The notes beneath the pieces are model-generated. The model made no database searches. It saw nothing but the letters and a program-made list of their open reading frames with translations, and was not told the DNA's origin. A stretch of DNA of 63,841 nt, the filler included, from Rozella allomycis CSF55 (taxonomy: Eukaryota): the NCBI GenBank assembly GCA_000442015.1. It is 13 parts of 13 records of this genome, joined end to end, with 100 filler letters (N's around TTAATTAATTAA, not from the genome) between each part and the next. Parts side by side here need not be neighbours in the genome. Positions count along the whole stretch, not along the records: positions 1 to 25,060 come from KE560431.1; 12 more parts are not named here. One strand, written 5' to 3'. This document shows, piece after piece, positions 11,314-23,342 of this stretch (position 1 is the first letter of the stretch; the number at the start of each line of letters is the position of its first letter). The position numbers and the translations under genes were made by a program.

Positions 11314-12399
11314 TTAAGGTATTTGATGAGAAATTATTTTGTCGTACCAATACTTTGCATAAACTATTTCTGGTAAAGTATCAGGCCCGGGTTGATATTG
11401 TTCAAGTACTTCCTGGGTCAGATCATCCCATGATTTCAAAATAATGACTTTGCTTGTATTATTGAAAGCAGCATTCATAGTTGAGTCCAAAACTATAGGA
11501 ATAGCACCCATGACAAGGGCTTCCCAGGTCCGGTGACAATCAAGTCCATTACCCCTTGGGCTTAAAACAAACTTTGAATCAATCAAATCTTCTAAATATT
11601 GATTATATGGAATTCTATTTTTTAATATTTTCACATTGTTTAAATCGCGAAACCTGTTTTCCAAAGCAGCGCGCGCTCCATCCGTCTCCAGCTTCATGTT
11701 GATATAAAGCAACGTTTTTCTTTCATTAAATTTTTTTCGTTTATTGGACATTTCACTAATGAGACGAATGTTACCATGTCCCCAAATAACATTCGCTAGT
11801 CCGATCGGCAAAGGATGAACTTTTTCATGTATCATATCAGCGTTTTGAGGAAACCAAGCAATTAGTTTATCGAAATTTAAAAGACTCTGGTACGGCTCTG
11901 GAGCTGAATGGTCGCTATTTGAAGTAATTAATATGAATGGCTCCTTGACATTCTGAAGAAGGACATTAGTAATGTGTTTCAGCATGTGAGTAGCGACAAA
12001 GACCAGTTCATTTTTCTTGATTCTTTTCGCTATATGCTCATACACTAGATACGATGTATGTTCATCAAACACATGATGGCAAAATGATCTATAAGTGTCA
12101 CCCGATATGAAAGGACATGAAGGTAGCCTGTTGTCGTCTTCGCTTACTTGGATTTTCGGCAGCAATAAACATTCTCGTTCATAGTAGTCTTTATAATAAG
12201 TAGCATTAATGAACTGTTCAGTATCGCTATCTTCTACCTTAAATGTAGAAACATCAATTGTATTTCCTTTAATTTCTAAGCTGGATGCGTCTTTCTTTTC
12301 TTTGTCTCCAGGACTTAAATAAATAAGTATAAGTAATGTTGCAATTGATACCAGAACTAATGATGGAATGCCCTTTGATCTGTAAAGAAATGTCTTCAT
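11314..12399 (-). CDS. Exostosin/GT47-like type II membrane glycosyltransferase, copy A
   Basis: N-terminal TM anchor and YLEDLIDSKFVLSPRGNGLDCHRTWEALVMGAIPI. Intronless. Confidence 0.8.
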   Translation of the reverse strand: MKTFLYRSKGIPSLVLVSIATLLILIYLSPGDKEKKDASSLEIKGNTIDVSTFKVEDSDTEQFINATYYKDYYERECLLLPKIQVSEDDNRLPSCPFISGDTYRSFCHHVFDEHTSYLVYEHIAKRIKKNELVFVATHMLKHITNVLLQNVKEPFILITSNSDHSAPEPYQSLLNFDKLIAWFPQNADMIHEKVHPLPIGLANVIWGHGNIRLISEMSNKRKKFNERKTLLYINMKLETDGARAALENRFRDLNNVKILKNRIPYNQYLEDLIDSKFVLSPRGNGLDCHRTWEALVMGAIPIVLDSTMNAAFNNTSKVIILKSWDDLTQEVLEQYQPGPDTLPEIVYAKYWYDKIISHQIP

Positions 12400-12828
12400 C
12401 CTCGCACTAAATTTTCAAAATTTCCAGTTCGCCGTCATGTGTTAGATTATGATTACACTATATTTTAGTCGCTACTACATGAAAAGTTGTACGGTTGTTA
12501 TACAAGTCCATCTTCCAGTCGATTTGAAAGTGTACCGAAAAATTCACCATATACTTTACCCTTTATAATGTTTATGCCAGCATTATAGAACGATATTGGC
12601 ATATTTGTTAAGGGAATGTTGCGTATTATATAAATCTGTAACCATCTAATTTCTGATTCCATCTTTCATAGAAAACTTATGGTATTATCGTTAAAATTAT
12701 AATTAACTTGGTGTAAATATAAGAAAACAACATCCTTGAGCTTCCATAAATTATAGTCTTCATTGATCTTCACTAAAATAAGTTCAAAATTTGGTTTTGT
12801 GGCTGACGTTTGAACTTTGAAGTTGCAA

Positions 12829-13514
12829 ATGTTTCAAGCTTATATAGAATTCCCTGGCCTTTCAAACCATCTTTTTAACTTTAACGAATCATGTACATAT
12901 AAAGACATTCAAGAAGTTGTATCTAAACATTATAATGTTGATGTATCCAGATATAGGCTCAAAACAAGTCTTGGACTTTATTTGAATGAATCTTTTCATT
13001 TTAAAGAATATTTTAATGTATCTATACCAACATGTATCTCGGTTATGCCGTCTCTCCTCGGCGGGAAAGGTGGATTTGGGAACAGACTTCGTTCACAAGG
13101 TGCCAAAATGTCCATGATTAAAACTACAAATTTTGAAGCTTGCAGAGATCTATCAGGTAGACGATTGAAAACAATACATGACGCTGAAAGACTTGCAAGG
13201 CATATTCTGGAAGAACCAGAAAGAAAGCAAAAGGAAAAGGAAAAATTGAAGAAGAAAATTGAAAAGATTTTGGAAGATCCATTTGAAAGATCTAAAAAGA
13301 AATTCATCGAAGACTCTGAGTTTTTAGATCAGAGCCGAATAACACAGTCTAGAATAGAAGAGGGTGTGATTGCAAGTAATATTTTATGAGGTTTTACATA
13401 GATATTGAGTCAGAAATTATGAAATGTAAAAATAAAGAAAATAATTCAGTCAAGATCAGTAAGAAATGGAATGTCGACTCTGATTCCGATACAGACGAAG
13501 AAACATCAAAATAA
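12829..13514 (+). CDS. SDE2: Sde2 (ubiquitin-fold-activated splicing factor)
   Basis: Ubl region ending LLGG|KGGFG, then NFEACRDLSGRRL. One 26-nt intron near the 3' end. Confidence 0.92.
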
Positions 13515-13573
13515 ATCATTCCTTTACAGAATTAAAACTACTTTATTCTCGAATTCTATACATTTTATTAAAA

Positions 13574-14509
13574 TCATTCTACGGATAATATCTTTTTACA
13601 AAGCGCTCTATATGGTAGTCCACAGCTAACCTTGGTCGGAGCATCAAATTTTCCAGGATTTATTACCACGCATTTGTTATTGTGAGACACTCCGTTCCAT
13701 GAATCAATATAAGTTTTTGAGGTAATACACAAATTCTTGACAATGAAATCATATTCAAAAGATCCCCATAATTCAGCGAGGCTAGCCCCATATTGCTTGC
13801 AAATGTGACGTGCTACCGATTCTCTTCTTAAAGGTAGTACAAAATAGCTAATGACTTGATTTCTTGATGGAGTGCACTTGATAGGTTTAACAACATTTTT
13901 CAAATATAGAATTGGATCGACAACAAACCGAAAACCAGCATCCACTGGTGTCAAACAATCTCCATTGGTGTAAATGTAGCTTAGGTTATCATTTTTCGCT
14001 AACTTTCGCAATGTTTTCAGAGGGCTGCCTGTCTTTAATAACTCCAATCCTTCGGGTGTCGTGTTGAGTGCCTTTAATCTACAGTCCTCTGCAATTTTCC
14101 AAGATGCAGGTAGAAAAATATCAATATCAGTTGTCCAGTTACCGATTTGATTGTTCGAGGTTGAGTCTGCTAGCCATATATCGTCTCCAGAGTTCGAAAT
14201 CAATTTTCCTTGCAGAAAGACAGCAAATGCAACTCCCTGACGTCCCTTTGAGCTTTTTGTCTGTAAAGATATGACAAATGGATCTTGAAGAAGTTTCGTG
14301 TCGTTGTGTGCTATGAATAGAACTGAGTCCTTTGTCGGTTCTCCTTGAACTGTGTCTGCACCAATTGTTAAATTGAATTGGTGAAATGAGGATAAAGCAA
14401 CAACTACGTCAGCCTTAGGGAGCTTCGGATTTAAACTTTTGCTTGATGTTATTATTGAATTGCAGGACATCATGGAGAGCAATACATGAATGAGGAAGAG
14501 TGACTTCAT
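13574..14509 (-). CDS. Secreted lectin-like protein with a C-terminal C-type-lectin-like module
   Basis: Signal peptide, a beta-sandwich-like region with a W..W..SWKIA..C pattern, and C-terminal ARHICKQYGASLAEL...W.G...C......C...ALC. Intronless, with TATAAATA upstream. Confidence 0.55.
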   Translation of the reverse strand: MKSLFLIHVLLSMMSCNSIITSSKSLNPKLPKADVVVALSSFHQFNLTIGADTVQGEPTKDSVLFIAHNDTKLLQDPFVISLQTKSSKGRQGVAFAVFLQGKLISNSGDDIWLADSTSNNQIGNWTTDIDIFLPASWKIAEDCRLKALNTTPEGLELLKTGSPLKTLRKLAKNDNLSYIYTNGDCLTPVDAGFRFVVDPILYLKNVVKPIKCTPSRNQVISYFVLPLRRESVARHICKQYGASLAELWGSFEYDFIVKNLCITSKTYIDSWNGVSHNNKCVVINPGKFDAPTKVSCGLPYRALCKKILSVE

Positions 14510-14804
14510 TGTTTACAATTTTTGAATGGGGGGGGTCCAACGAGGCCGTATTTATAGGGTGGGGTCTTGATTGATTTTCTTAGATAAACAAATATAAATC
14601 CTAATGATAAACAAATATTTCGAGGGGGAATTTTCGAATTGACGATGTAAACAAACATTCACATTTCAATGGGGAGAGAGAATATATTGTAAGAACCGAA
14701 GGCATTAGAAATAAAAAAACAACTAATAAAATAGGAGGATTGAGTCGTATATTATTTCATTATTCAAGTCTAACACCAGTTGTTTCCTAAAATAGGTTCG
14801 GTTA

Positions 14805-15848
14805 ATGGGAATTCATCAAGTCAAAAGGTCAAAAACACTTATTTTAACAATGATTTGTGCAATGTGCTTCTTGTTCATATTCCAACATATGATTAAGCGG
14901 CACCATATCGATTATAATTCTTCATTCAATTCCAAACCGGAAGAACAAAGCATTGATAAAAGAAATTACTACGAAAGAGGATGCGAGAATCTTCCGAAGT
15001 ATCATGTTAACGAGGGTGATATGAAAATACCAGCGTGTCCTTACATTTCTGGCGATACCTTCCGGTCTTTCAGCAACCTAGTGTTTGATGAAACAACCCC
15101 ACAAATGGCATATTCATATAAAGCAGAGAGAATAAGGAAAAATAACTTAGTTTTTGTAGCTACACATTATTTGCGAGAGGTTGAAGCAGCCATTCTAACT
15201 AATACAAGAGAACCATTTATACTAATAACTTCTAACAGTGACGACCCAGCGCCTTCAGCTTACCCAAAATTACTAAATTTTAAATATTTAATAGCTTGGT
15301 TTGCACAAAATGTCGATATGGCACATGAGAAGGTTTATCCACTCCCAATTGGTATCGCAAACTACAAATGGGGTCACGGTAATATCACATTAATCAAACA
15401 TATAGCCGAAAGAAAGAAACCATTTCATAAAAGACAAACTCTGCTTTATGTTAACATGAATGCAGGAACCGATAGATCAGGCGTCAGAGCGACATTAGAA
15501 AAAAGATTTTCTTCATTTTCAAATGTTAAAATTTTGAACGGTCGAGTGCTATACAAAGAATATCTAGAGCATTTACAAGATGCCAAATTTGTACTTAGTC
15601 CGCGGGGGAATGGATTAGATTGTCATCGAACGTGGGAATCAATGATAATGGGTGCTGTACCAATTATTTTGTCTTCTGAAATGGACAAGATGTTTTTTAA
15701 TGTCACCAATGTGATTATTCTGAAAACATGGGAGGAATTAAACGAAGAAATGCTTACGTCATTCAAACCTGACTTTCAAGGTGATGGCTCAGATATAATA
15801 TATGCAAAATATTGGTATGATAAAATCTCTTCGCGAAAGGTTGCTTAA
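14805..15848 (+). CDS. Exostosin/GT47-like glycosyltransferase, copy B
   Basis: Paralogue of 11314-12399 (CPYISGDTFRSF, AKFVLSPRGNGLDCHRTWE, YAKYWYDKI). Intronless. Confidence 0.8.
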   Translation: MGIHQVKRSKTLILTMICAMCFLFIFQHMIKRHHIDYNSSFNSKPEEQSIDKRNYYERGCENLPKYHVNEGDMKIPACPYISGDTFRSFSNLVFDETTPQMAYSYKAERIRKNNLVFVATHYLREVEAAILTNTREPFILITSNSDDPAPSAYPKLLNFKYLIAWFAQNVDMAHEKVYPLPIGIANYKWGHGNITLIKHIAERKKPFHKRQTLLYVNMNAGTDRSGVRATLEKRFSSFSNVKILNGRVLYKEYLEHLQDAKFVLSPRGNGLDCHRTWESMIMGAVPIILSSEMDKMFFNVTNVIILKTWEELNEEMLTSFKPDFQGDGSDIIYAKYWYDKISSRKVA

Positions 15849-15907
15849 CATGATAAATAAACAATTCTTACGTGATCCTTGTTTTGTAATTTTCGGCCTT
15901 CGACAAT

Positions 15908-16495
<588 letters not shown>

Positions 16496-17045
16496 AAGTA
16501 AAAATAAATGGCTAAAAATAAATTTTCAATGCCTTTATCAAGTGTTTTAAACTCTAATTAACCTGAGCCACCACTACCAGTGTTAAATGGACACAAACAT
16601 ACAGTTATTAATCATTACGTCAGTATCAGCGCTCTTCATTGCGCATTTAATGAACTATTTTAATGCTTTTCAGTAATAGTATAAAAGGGGGCAGCAATTA
16701 GAAAGTATGCTTATGTTTTGCTAATAGTCTACCTCGTCGTACTTACAGCCTCCTTTATTTATCCTTACACAGTCATTTCCGAAGATTTTAAAAATGTACT
16801 CCCAATTTAGTTCATTTTAAAGGATCAATATTACATCGCCAAAATTGTAATGACCTTATTAAACATCGGCATATTCCTAGTTTATGTTTTTGATTGGTTT
16901 TATTACCTTCTAATAAAACCAACTATAATTATTGTGCCAGATGAAATTCTTTTCCATTCAAAGAGCGGTTGATGCTATTAAGTTAATTGATAGTAAATTT
17001 ATCATCGAAAACTTTTTATTCCTTTTATATTGAGCTTTTTAATGC

Positions 17046-17618
17046 CTATAAAGTAATGTCCACATCTTTTTGTAACGTCAATTGTTTCCATTCGTTCATT
17101 TTTTGCTCTACTAGCGCATTTATCATTTCTTTTTCCTCTTCATCTTCGCTAGATGTTTCAGAGTCTGAAACGTAAATAATTTCTACAACTAATGACTCCG
17201 TGGACTCCTGTACTAGTGAATCATTCGAAGGCAATTCCGTGTCGTAAACAATTTTTCTCACTGCTAAATTGAAATCGACTTTCTTTACGTTTTCATTTGT
17301 TTTTGTGCCTCTTAGAAGTTCTGTATCTACACAGTCTTGAAAATCTGATACTTCGTCCGCAGGGATACTGATGACATCTTTGGTAACTTTTGCGTCTAGA
17401 TTAGTTAAGTCCTCCGCAGATATTTTTCTATCAAGCTCTTCCAATTCTTTTTTCCTATACTCGTTTTCAAAGCATAGCCCTTGGTCCGCACTACTCAAAA
17501 CATCAATAAATAAGTCATCAGAAGATTCATCATTTTCATTGTATAGACCAAATCTCTTTAATGTCTTTCTGGCCAACTTGGAATAAAACTTTAAGATAAA
17601 AGACATGTTTTGTCTCAA
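17046..17618 (-). CDS. Acidic hypothetical protein (exon boundaries unresolved)
   Basis: 190-codon open frame with no recognisable domain. Confidence 0.45.
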   Translation of the reverse strand: MRQNMSFILKFYSKLARKTLKRFGLYNENDESSDDLFIDVLSSADQGLCFENEYRKKELEELDRKISAEDLTNLDAKVTKDVISIPADEVSDFQDCVDTELLRGTKTNENVKKVDFNLAVRKIVYDTELPSNDSLVQESTESLVVEIIYVSDSETSSEDEEEKEMINALVEQKMNEWKQLTLQKDVDITL

Positions 17619-17941
17619 ATATGTCCGATCACAGTCTAATATTAGGACTCATTTTTTGAAAGTCTATAGATAAATTAAAATTTGGAACGACTGAGAATTT
17701 GAAATTAACGGATCGCAAATCTAGAGATAATTGGAATGAACGATAATACGCGTTTGATAATCGCATGACCAGGGTTAACGAAAGTGACAATTTGATCTTG
17801 AACGGGGTGAATGATTAGGTTGGAACTTGGAAAAAATATTCAATATTTAAATTATTTAATGATATTAATATTCTTACGACTGTTGGGCTACAAATGAAAT
17901 TCTAAAATAGCGTAAATACGTTATAGTAATGAAATTTGAGT

Positions 17942-18541
17942 TTATGGCCTTCTGGACATTAGCTTTGACATGATTGTTATGACTCTATCATGGCAATTGC
18001 TATCTAAATTGGTAAAGTGGGCCTTGAGATCTGACACTGTCAAAAATGGCGCCCCACAGCTAGAGCAATATATAGACCTCTGTCTATCTTTTTCAACAAC
18101 TTTCATGTGCTCGTCAAGATGTTGATGAGTTTCAAAACGCTTGTAACAATGCCCACATAGAGGATGTGACTTTTGTTCGTGATTTTCAAGACACTCCAAG
18201 TTTCTAAAATATTGGCTACAAACGCGACATTTCAAGTGGCAATTATCCAAGTGGTTATATCTGGCTTCTTTATTTTTGAAATACCTGTCACAAAACGGAC
18301 AGTGGAAATCCGAAATTTGATGTTGCTGCCATTTATGCTGATCTAAATGGTTGTCATATTCAAAAACTAATTCGCAACCGCCTTGAGGGCATACGTAGTG
18401 CTTTTTGTTGTTATGCTGAGAAAGAGCGTGCCAGTTAACAAAGAATCGTTCACAAAATGCACAAAATGGTTCATCTGTGACACAATGATGTTGGATAAAA
18501 GTATAAAAACCGTAATCACAATTTTTACAGCACCAAACCAT
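17942..18541 (-). CDS. Multi-C2H2 zinc-finger protein
   Basis: Tandem Cx2-4C...F.....L..H...H repeats. Confidence 0.85.
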   Translation of the reverse strand: MVWCCKNCDYGFYTFIQHHCVTDEPFCAFCERFFVNWHALSQHNNKKHYVCPQGGCELVFEYDNHLDQHKWQQHQISDFHCPFCDRYFKNKEARYNHLDNCHLKCRVCSQYFRNLECLENHEQKSHPLCGHCYKRFETHQHLDEHMKVVEKDRQRSIYCSSCGAPFLTVSDLKAHFTNLDSNCHDRVITIMSKLMSRRP

Positions 18542-18706
18542 TTTGGTGGCTTGAAACTGTAACGTGATTCTGTGCTAAATATAAGAAGCATTAAAATTGC
18601 AGCGAATAATAACTAAAAAAATTTAAATCAAATTAAATGAATAATGATTCAATTCAAATACAGATTTTCATGTTTGACTTTAACTGTCAAGCCACCCAAA
18701 ACTGTT

Positions 18707-21168
18707 ATGCAACCCGAATATATTTCAGTGGGATGTAACCGTGATACTCGAGCATCAGCCTGGTCATATGATAATATCGTAGCGTACGCTGCTAATAAAA
18801 TGATAGCCCTTTTTAAGCCAACGGTATGTAGTAAGAAAAACCAAAATAGGATTCAAAACAGAGAGGGGTTTATAGAACGCTTCTTGGACACAAAGAATTT
18901 GTTACTAAAATCAGTGTCATACATAAAAGTAAACGTCTATGCCAATTTATATTCAGGGACAGGAAAGGATGTTCAAACGATTGGAATGGTTTCTGGATCT
19001 GCTGATGGACAAGTGATTATTTGGAAGCGTCAAGGAGACTCTGTAATTATAAATATTTCACAATATAGTTTAAAATAGTTAAAATCTTGAGTGATCATTC
19101 CCTGACAATTACTGGGCTCAGCGTGTTGGAGGATAAATTGAACCACACCGTCTACTATTTAGCTACATCTTCTTTAGATGAAGCTGTCTTTATATATCAA
19201 TTCAACGAAGAGTTTTTAAATGAAAGCGAAAATGGAAAGTTTGAACTTGATTCGAAATTGAGTTTGGGTACTAAATACGTAACTTGTCTTGCAATGGAAT
19301 GTTTTCTTCCCTTCAATGTTCCTCTTCTTGCATGTGCCACCACTGATTGTAAAATTAATTTGTATTCAAAGGGAATGAATGAAACCTTTCAATTGTTGAT
19401 TACCCTTAAAGGTCACGAGAATTGGATTCAAGGATTATCTTTTGGAGTATTCAATGAAGGTGGGGAAGCAAATGATCTTGTTTTGGCTAGCTCTTCACAG
19501 GATAAATATATTAGGCTGTGGAGGATCAGTTCGAGAAATGTTGCGGAAGCGATGGATGACGACTTTAAGAGTTTACAGCTAAGCACGCAAGCTCAACTGT
19601 TTGAATTGAGCTTGTCTACTGAAAAGACGATGAAATATTCAGTGATGGTTGAAAGTGTGTTGTATGGCCATGACGACTGGGTGTACAGTGTACAATGGCT
19701 GCCCCCAAAGGCAAAAGAAGTGAATGGCAAAATTGAATGGATTCAAGAAAATGTGCTCTTAAGTGCATCGTCCGACAAGTCATTGATGCTGTGGAAGTTT
19801 GATGACGAGAGTGGCGTTTGGAATAATTTTGCCAGGGTAGGTGAAATTGGTGGGAATTCTTTTGGATTTTATAATGGAATGTTTGAACCTAGTGGTAACT
19901 ATATTTTAGGTCAAAGTTACACTGGGGCATTTTATTTGTGGTCATTCGATGGTCAAAGTAAATTATTTTTGAATTGATCAAGGTTAGAACTTGAAGCTGA
20001 ACCTTGCATAACGGGAAATATGGATGAAGTTCGTAGATGTGAATGGAACAAAGAACTTGGATATTTAGTCACAGTGAGCAAAGACCAAACAACGAGGATT
20101 ATAAGTGAATGTGATTCAGCATGGTATGAGATAGCAAGACCGCAGATTCATGGGTATGATATGCAATGTATAACATTTACGAATACTTTTCAATTTGTGT
20201 CTGCAGGTGAAGAAAAAGTTTTGAGAGTTTTTGCAACACCAAAATCATTTATTAAAACTTATTGTGGATTGAAAGGAATAAACGAAGAAGAATATAAGAA
20301 ATTGGAGGGGAAAACAAGCTTTGTTGGAGCTAACGTTCCAGCCCTTGGTTTGTCTAACAAGGCGGTTTCTGAAATTAATGAAAAGGAAGAAATAAATTCA
20401 CATTCTGACAATCGATTTAATAATGAATTTTCAATGATGAGATTAGAAGAAATAAAAAAGGCTCCATTAGAACATCATTTAATTACCGGAACACTTTGGC
20501 CTGAAATTGATAAACTTTATGGGCATGGGTTTGAAGTATTCTCTGTTGCTTCTTCTAACGATGGTTCATTGTTGGCATCCTCTTGCAAATCTTCAACAGC
20601 TGAACACGCAAAAATTATTTTATGGGACACAAAAACATGGAAAATTATTTCTCATCTAGCAGGCCACTCGTTAACTGTAACGCGCATCAAATTTTCTCCT
20701 GATGATTCTCATCTTGTTTCAGTGTCACGTGATAGATCTATTTGTATTTTCAAAAGAAATGGAAATGATTTTAATTTAATAAAAACCATCCAAGCTCATT
20801 CCAGAATTATCTGGGATGTAGATTGGTTTGATAATTTAAACTTTATTACCGTATCAAGAGATAAGAAAATAAAAATTTGGAATCTGGAAAAAGATTTGCC
20901 TACAAATGTTATGGAATTGAATGATTCAGTCACTTGTGTTTCAGTTGCTCCTGTAAACAATATTTTTGCTGTTGGTTTGGAATCTGGAGCTATTCAATTA
21001 TTTATTCAAAGAGAAAATAGAATAGAAAAATATTTGGAAATCGATGATGATCATTTTCATGCTTCATCCGTTACTTCTATTGCATGGTGTTTGATTGACA
21101 AGAGACTCAAGTTGGCATCTACTGGATCTGATAATTCAGTAAGAATTTTTAGCATTAAATATGATTAA
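18707..21168 (+). CDS. ELP2: Elongator subunit Elp2 (WD40), 4 micro-introns
   Basis: Motifs YISVGCNR, LYGHDDWVYSV, WYEIARPQIHGYDM and TLWPEIDKLYGHGFE. Confidence 0.95.
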
Positions 21169-21201
21169 TAATAAACAAACTTGATTAATGCAAAATTTGA
21201 T

Positions 21202-22254
21202 TTATTTCTTGTATTCAAATTTCAATCTTATCGGTTTGCACTTGTCGCCTGATCCACTAATCAGAACTGCGTATTGATTTTTAAAGTCAAGGCACACACC
21301 ACCATCCTTTTTCGGTCCACTTTTAAACATCACTTCAAAAGTGTCGCCAGTTGACCTGACCGGTTCAATGTACACACGGTGGTTTTCAGCGGTTCCAATC
21401 AAAAGATCTGAATTGACTTGAATGAATCGGTTGTATTTGTCATCTTTAAAAGATATAGACTTATCTGCATTCACCTTGAATCTGATTGGGATAGTCTTAT
21501 CCGATGCCACAACTAATTGAATCTCAGACTTTATTTCACTGTCTTCTTTTAATATAGACAATTCCTTGCCATCTAAAGTAAGCGTGGCAATTATACCATC
21601 TTCGTCGTTTCTGAAACACTGTTTTCCAGCATCAGGAACTGTCACTACGACACTATTGTCTTTTGCGTTGCACTCTTTCTCCTCTATGCATTCTGGCACT
21701 TCAGTTCCTATACCAACAAAATCATGTGAACACGCACACCTGTTATTTATTCTCTTTTCGCAATACTGAGGCAATGCACATTCTGCAAAATTGTCCAGCG
21801 TGCGTCGGTAAGAATAACACCGCCCGTAATCGTATGATGGCTTTTTATAGTCTGCCTGCTTAAATTCCAAACACGAGTCCCAGAAATTGATGGTCTTTTC
21901 TGCGCACTCTTCACAAGTGTTATCAGTGTCAGAGTAAAGCTGACACTTGTTTATGAATGGGCCGCACTTCATTGACCCAGATTTGGTTTTCAATAGTTCA
22001 CCGACTTCGCATTTAATGCATTTGAGATCGTTTGAGTACAAGTAGCAGTCTTTGACTTTGGGCCCACAACTCCAAGTCTTTGGAGATTCTGAAACTAGTA
22101 ATGCATCGCCGTCTCGACATGTCTCTAAGCAATCGCCATTTTGGCCATACGCTTTGCACTTGTCAATTAACTTTGGTGCTTCGCCATAGTTCTGAGCAAA
22201 ACTTATGCCAAAAAGAGTAGATGAAAGTAAAACGAAGCGATAGCTGTCAAACAT
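21202..22254 (-). CDS. Secreted CXXC-rich protein, divergent paralogue 3
   Basis: Signal peptide, repeats of the form CG..I..C..Y......C..C, and a beta-rich C-terminal domain like paralogues 1 and 2. Intronless. Confidence 0.7.
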   Translation of the reverse strand: MFDSYRFVLLSSTLFGISFAQNYGEAPKLIDKCKAYGQNGDCLETCRDGDALLVSESPKTWSCGPKVKDCYLYSNDLKCIKCEVGELLKTKSGSMKCGPFINKCQLYSDTDNTCEECAEKTINFWDSCLEFKQADYKKPSYDYGRCYSYRRTLDNFAECALPQYCEKRINNRCACSHDFVGIGTEVPECIEEKECNAKDNSVVVTVPDAGKQCFRNDEDGIIATLTLDGKELSILKEDSEIKSEIQLVVASDKTIPIRFKVNADKSISFKDDKYNRFIQVNSDLLIGTAENHRVYIEPVRSTGDTFEVMFKSGPKKDGGVCLDFKNQYAVLISGSGDKCKPIRLKFEYKK

Positions 22255-22364
22255 TTATAACACACTTACCCCTGAATCATGTTTCATACATCTGTCGTGA
22301 GACGTGAACTATATTTGGAAACATGATGTGTAATATTCATTGACTAAAATTGAATCAGATAAAG

Positions 22365-22830
22365 TTTCAAACGAAGAAGAATATAAGAATTTGAAGAGAA
22401 AAACAAGTTTGTTGGATGTAACAAGGCGGTTTCTAAAATTGATGAAAAGGAAGATGGAAGAAATGAATTCTCATTCTGACAACCATTTAATAAAGGAGAA
22501 TTTCCAACGAAGAAATTAGATAAAAATAATAGAAAAGGCTCCTTTAGAACATCATTTAATTACCAGAACCCTTTGACGGGTATGGATTTGGAGTATTCTC
22601 AGTTGCTTCTTCTAAAGATGGCTCATGGTTGGCATCTTCTTAAATCTTCAACAATTGGACATGCCAAAATCATGTTATGGAGCACAAAACACGGAAATTA
22701 TTTTCTCATCTTAGCTTAATGAACTTGGAAGGTTTTTTATTGAATTGAAGTCATTTCTATTTCTTTTAATAGATCTATCACGTGAAACTGAAACAAGATG
22801 AGAATTATCATGAGAGAATTACAGTTAACA
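22365..22830 (+). pseudogene. Degenerate duplicated fragment of the ELP2 3' region, with an internal inversion
   Basis: 22365-22712 matches about 20280-20655 (e.g. aaggctcc.ttagaacatcatttaattacc.gaac). 22768-22830 is the reverse complement of about 20670-20743. Confidence 0.85.
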
Positions 22831-22849
22831 GTTACCCTAGCGGTTGGAA

Positions 22850-23040
22850 GTTTTGCTGGATATCACGATTCTAACCAGCCTATTAATGTTCCACTAGTCA
22901 TAAATATAGTTAATTGAATATGGTTCATTGATACGTACAAGAAATTAATGGTCAAATTTTTTAATCACGACTCGGCTGAGTGTTTTGGCCAAGCTCAGCC
23001 GTTGCTGGAACGGCATGAGCCCAAGCCGTTAACAACACTA
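22850..23040. mobile_element. Dispersed MITE-like repeat shared with 47559-48040
   Basis: gttttgctgga.atcacgattctaaccagcctattaatgttccactagtcataaatata and cattgatacg.acaagaaattaatggtcaaat recur at 47744-47802 and 47938-48038. Two small hairpins (cggctgag/ctcagccg and aacggc/gccgtt). Confidence 0.65.
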
Positions 23041-23342
23041 CCTTTTTGAGTCTTTAGAACTAATAATAAAATAATCAAACTTATTTTACCTTTATTCTGT
23101 TCCAATTTCAGTTTTACCTCTGCATTTATTTCATCAAGAAGTGCCATTTTTTTCAATCCAGTTTCGTCAACTCAAACCAAATAGGACCTGTTAGCACTGT
23201 GTAATCGCTTTCAAAGAAAAGATTGACAATGTTTTTCGAAAATCATTCAATTAGTTACGGATTTGGCCAGCGGGCACGAAATCGTATAGTTAGTCGCATT
23301 TATTATGTCTTTAGTGAACTGAAAATTTTAAAGGAAATGTAT

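Noticed and set aside
16560-17040. Several GT..AG micro-intron-like segments on the minus strand
   Set aside because: I could not assemble a convincing reading frame, so this is left unannotated.
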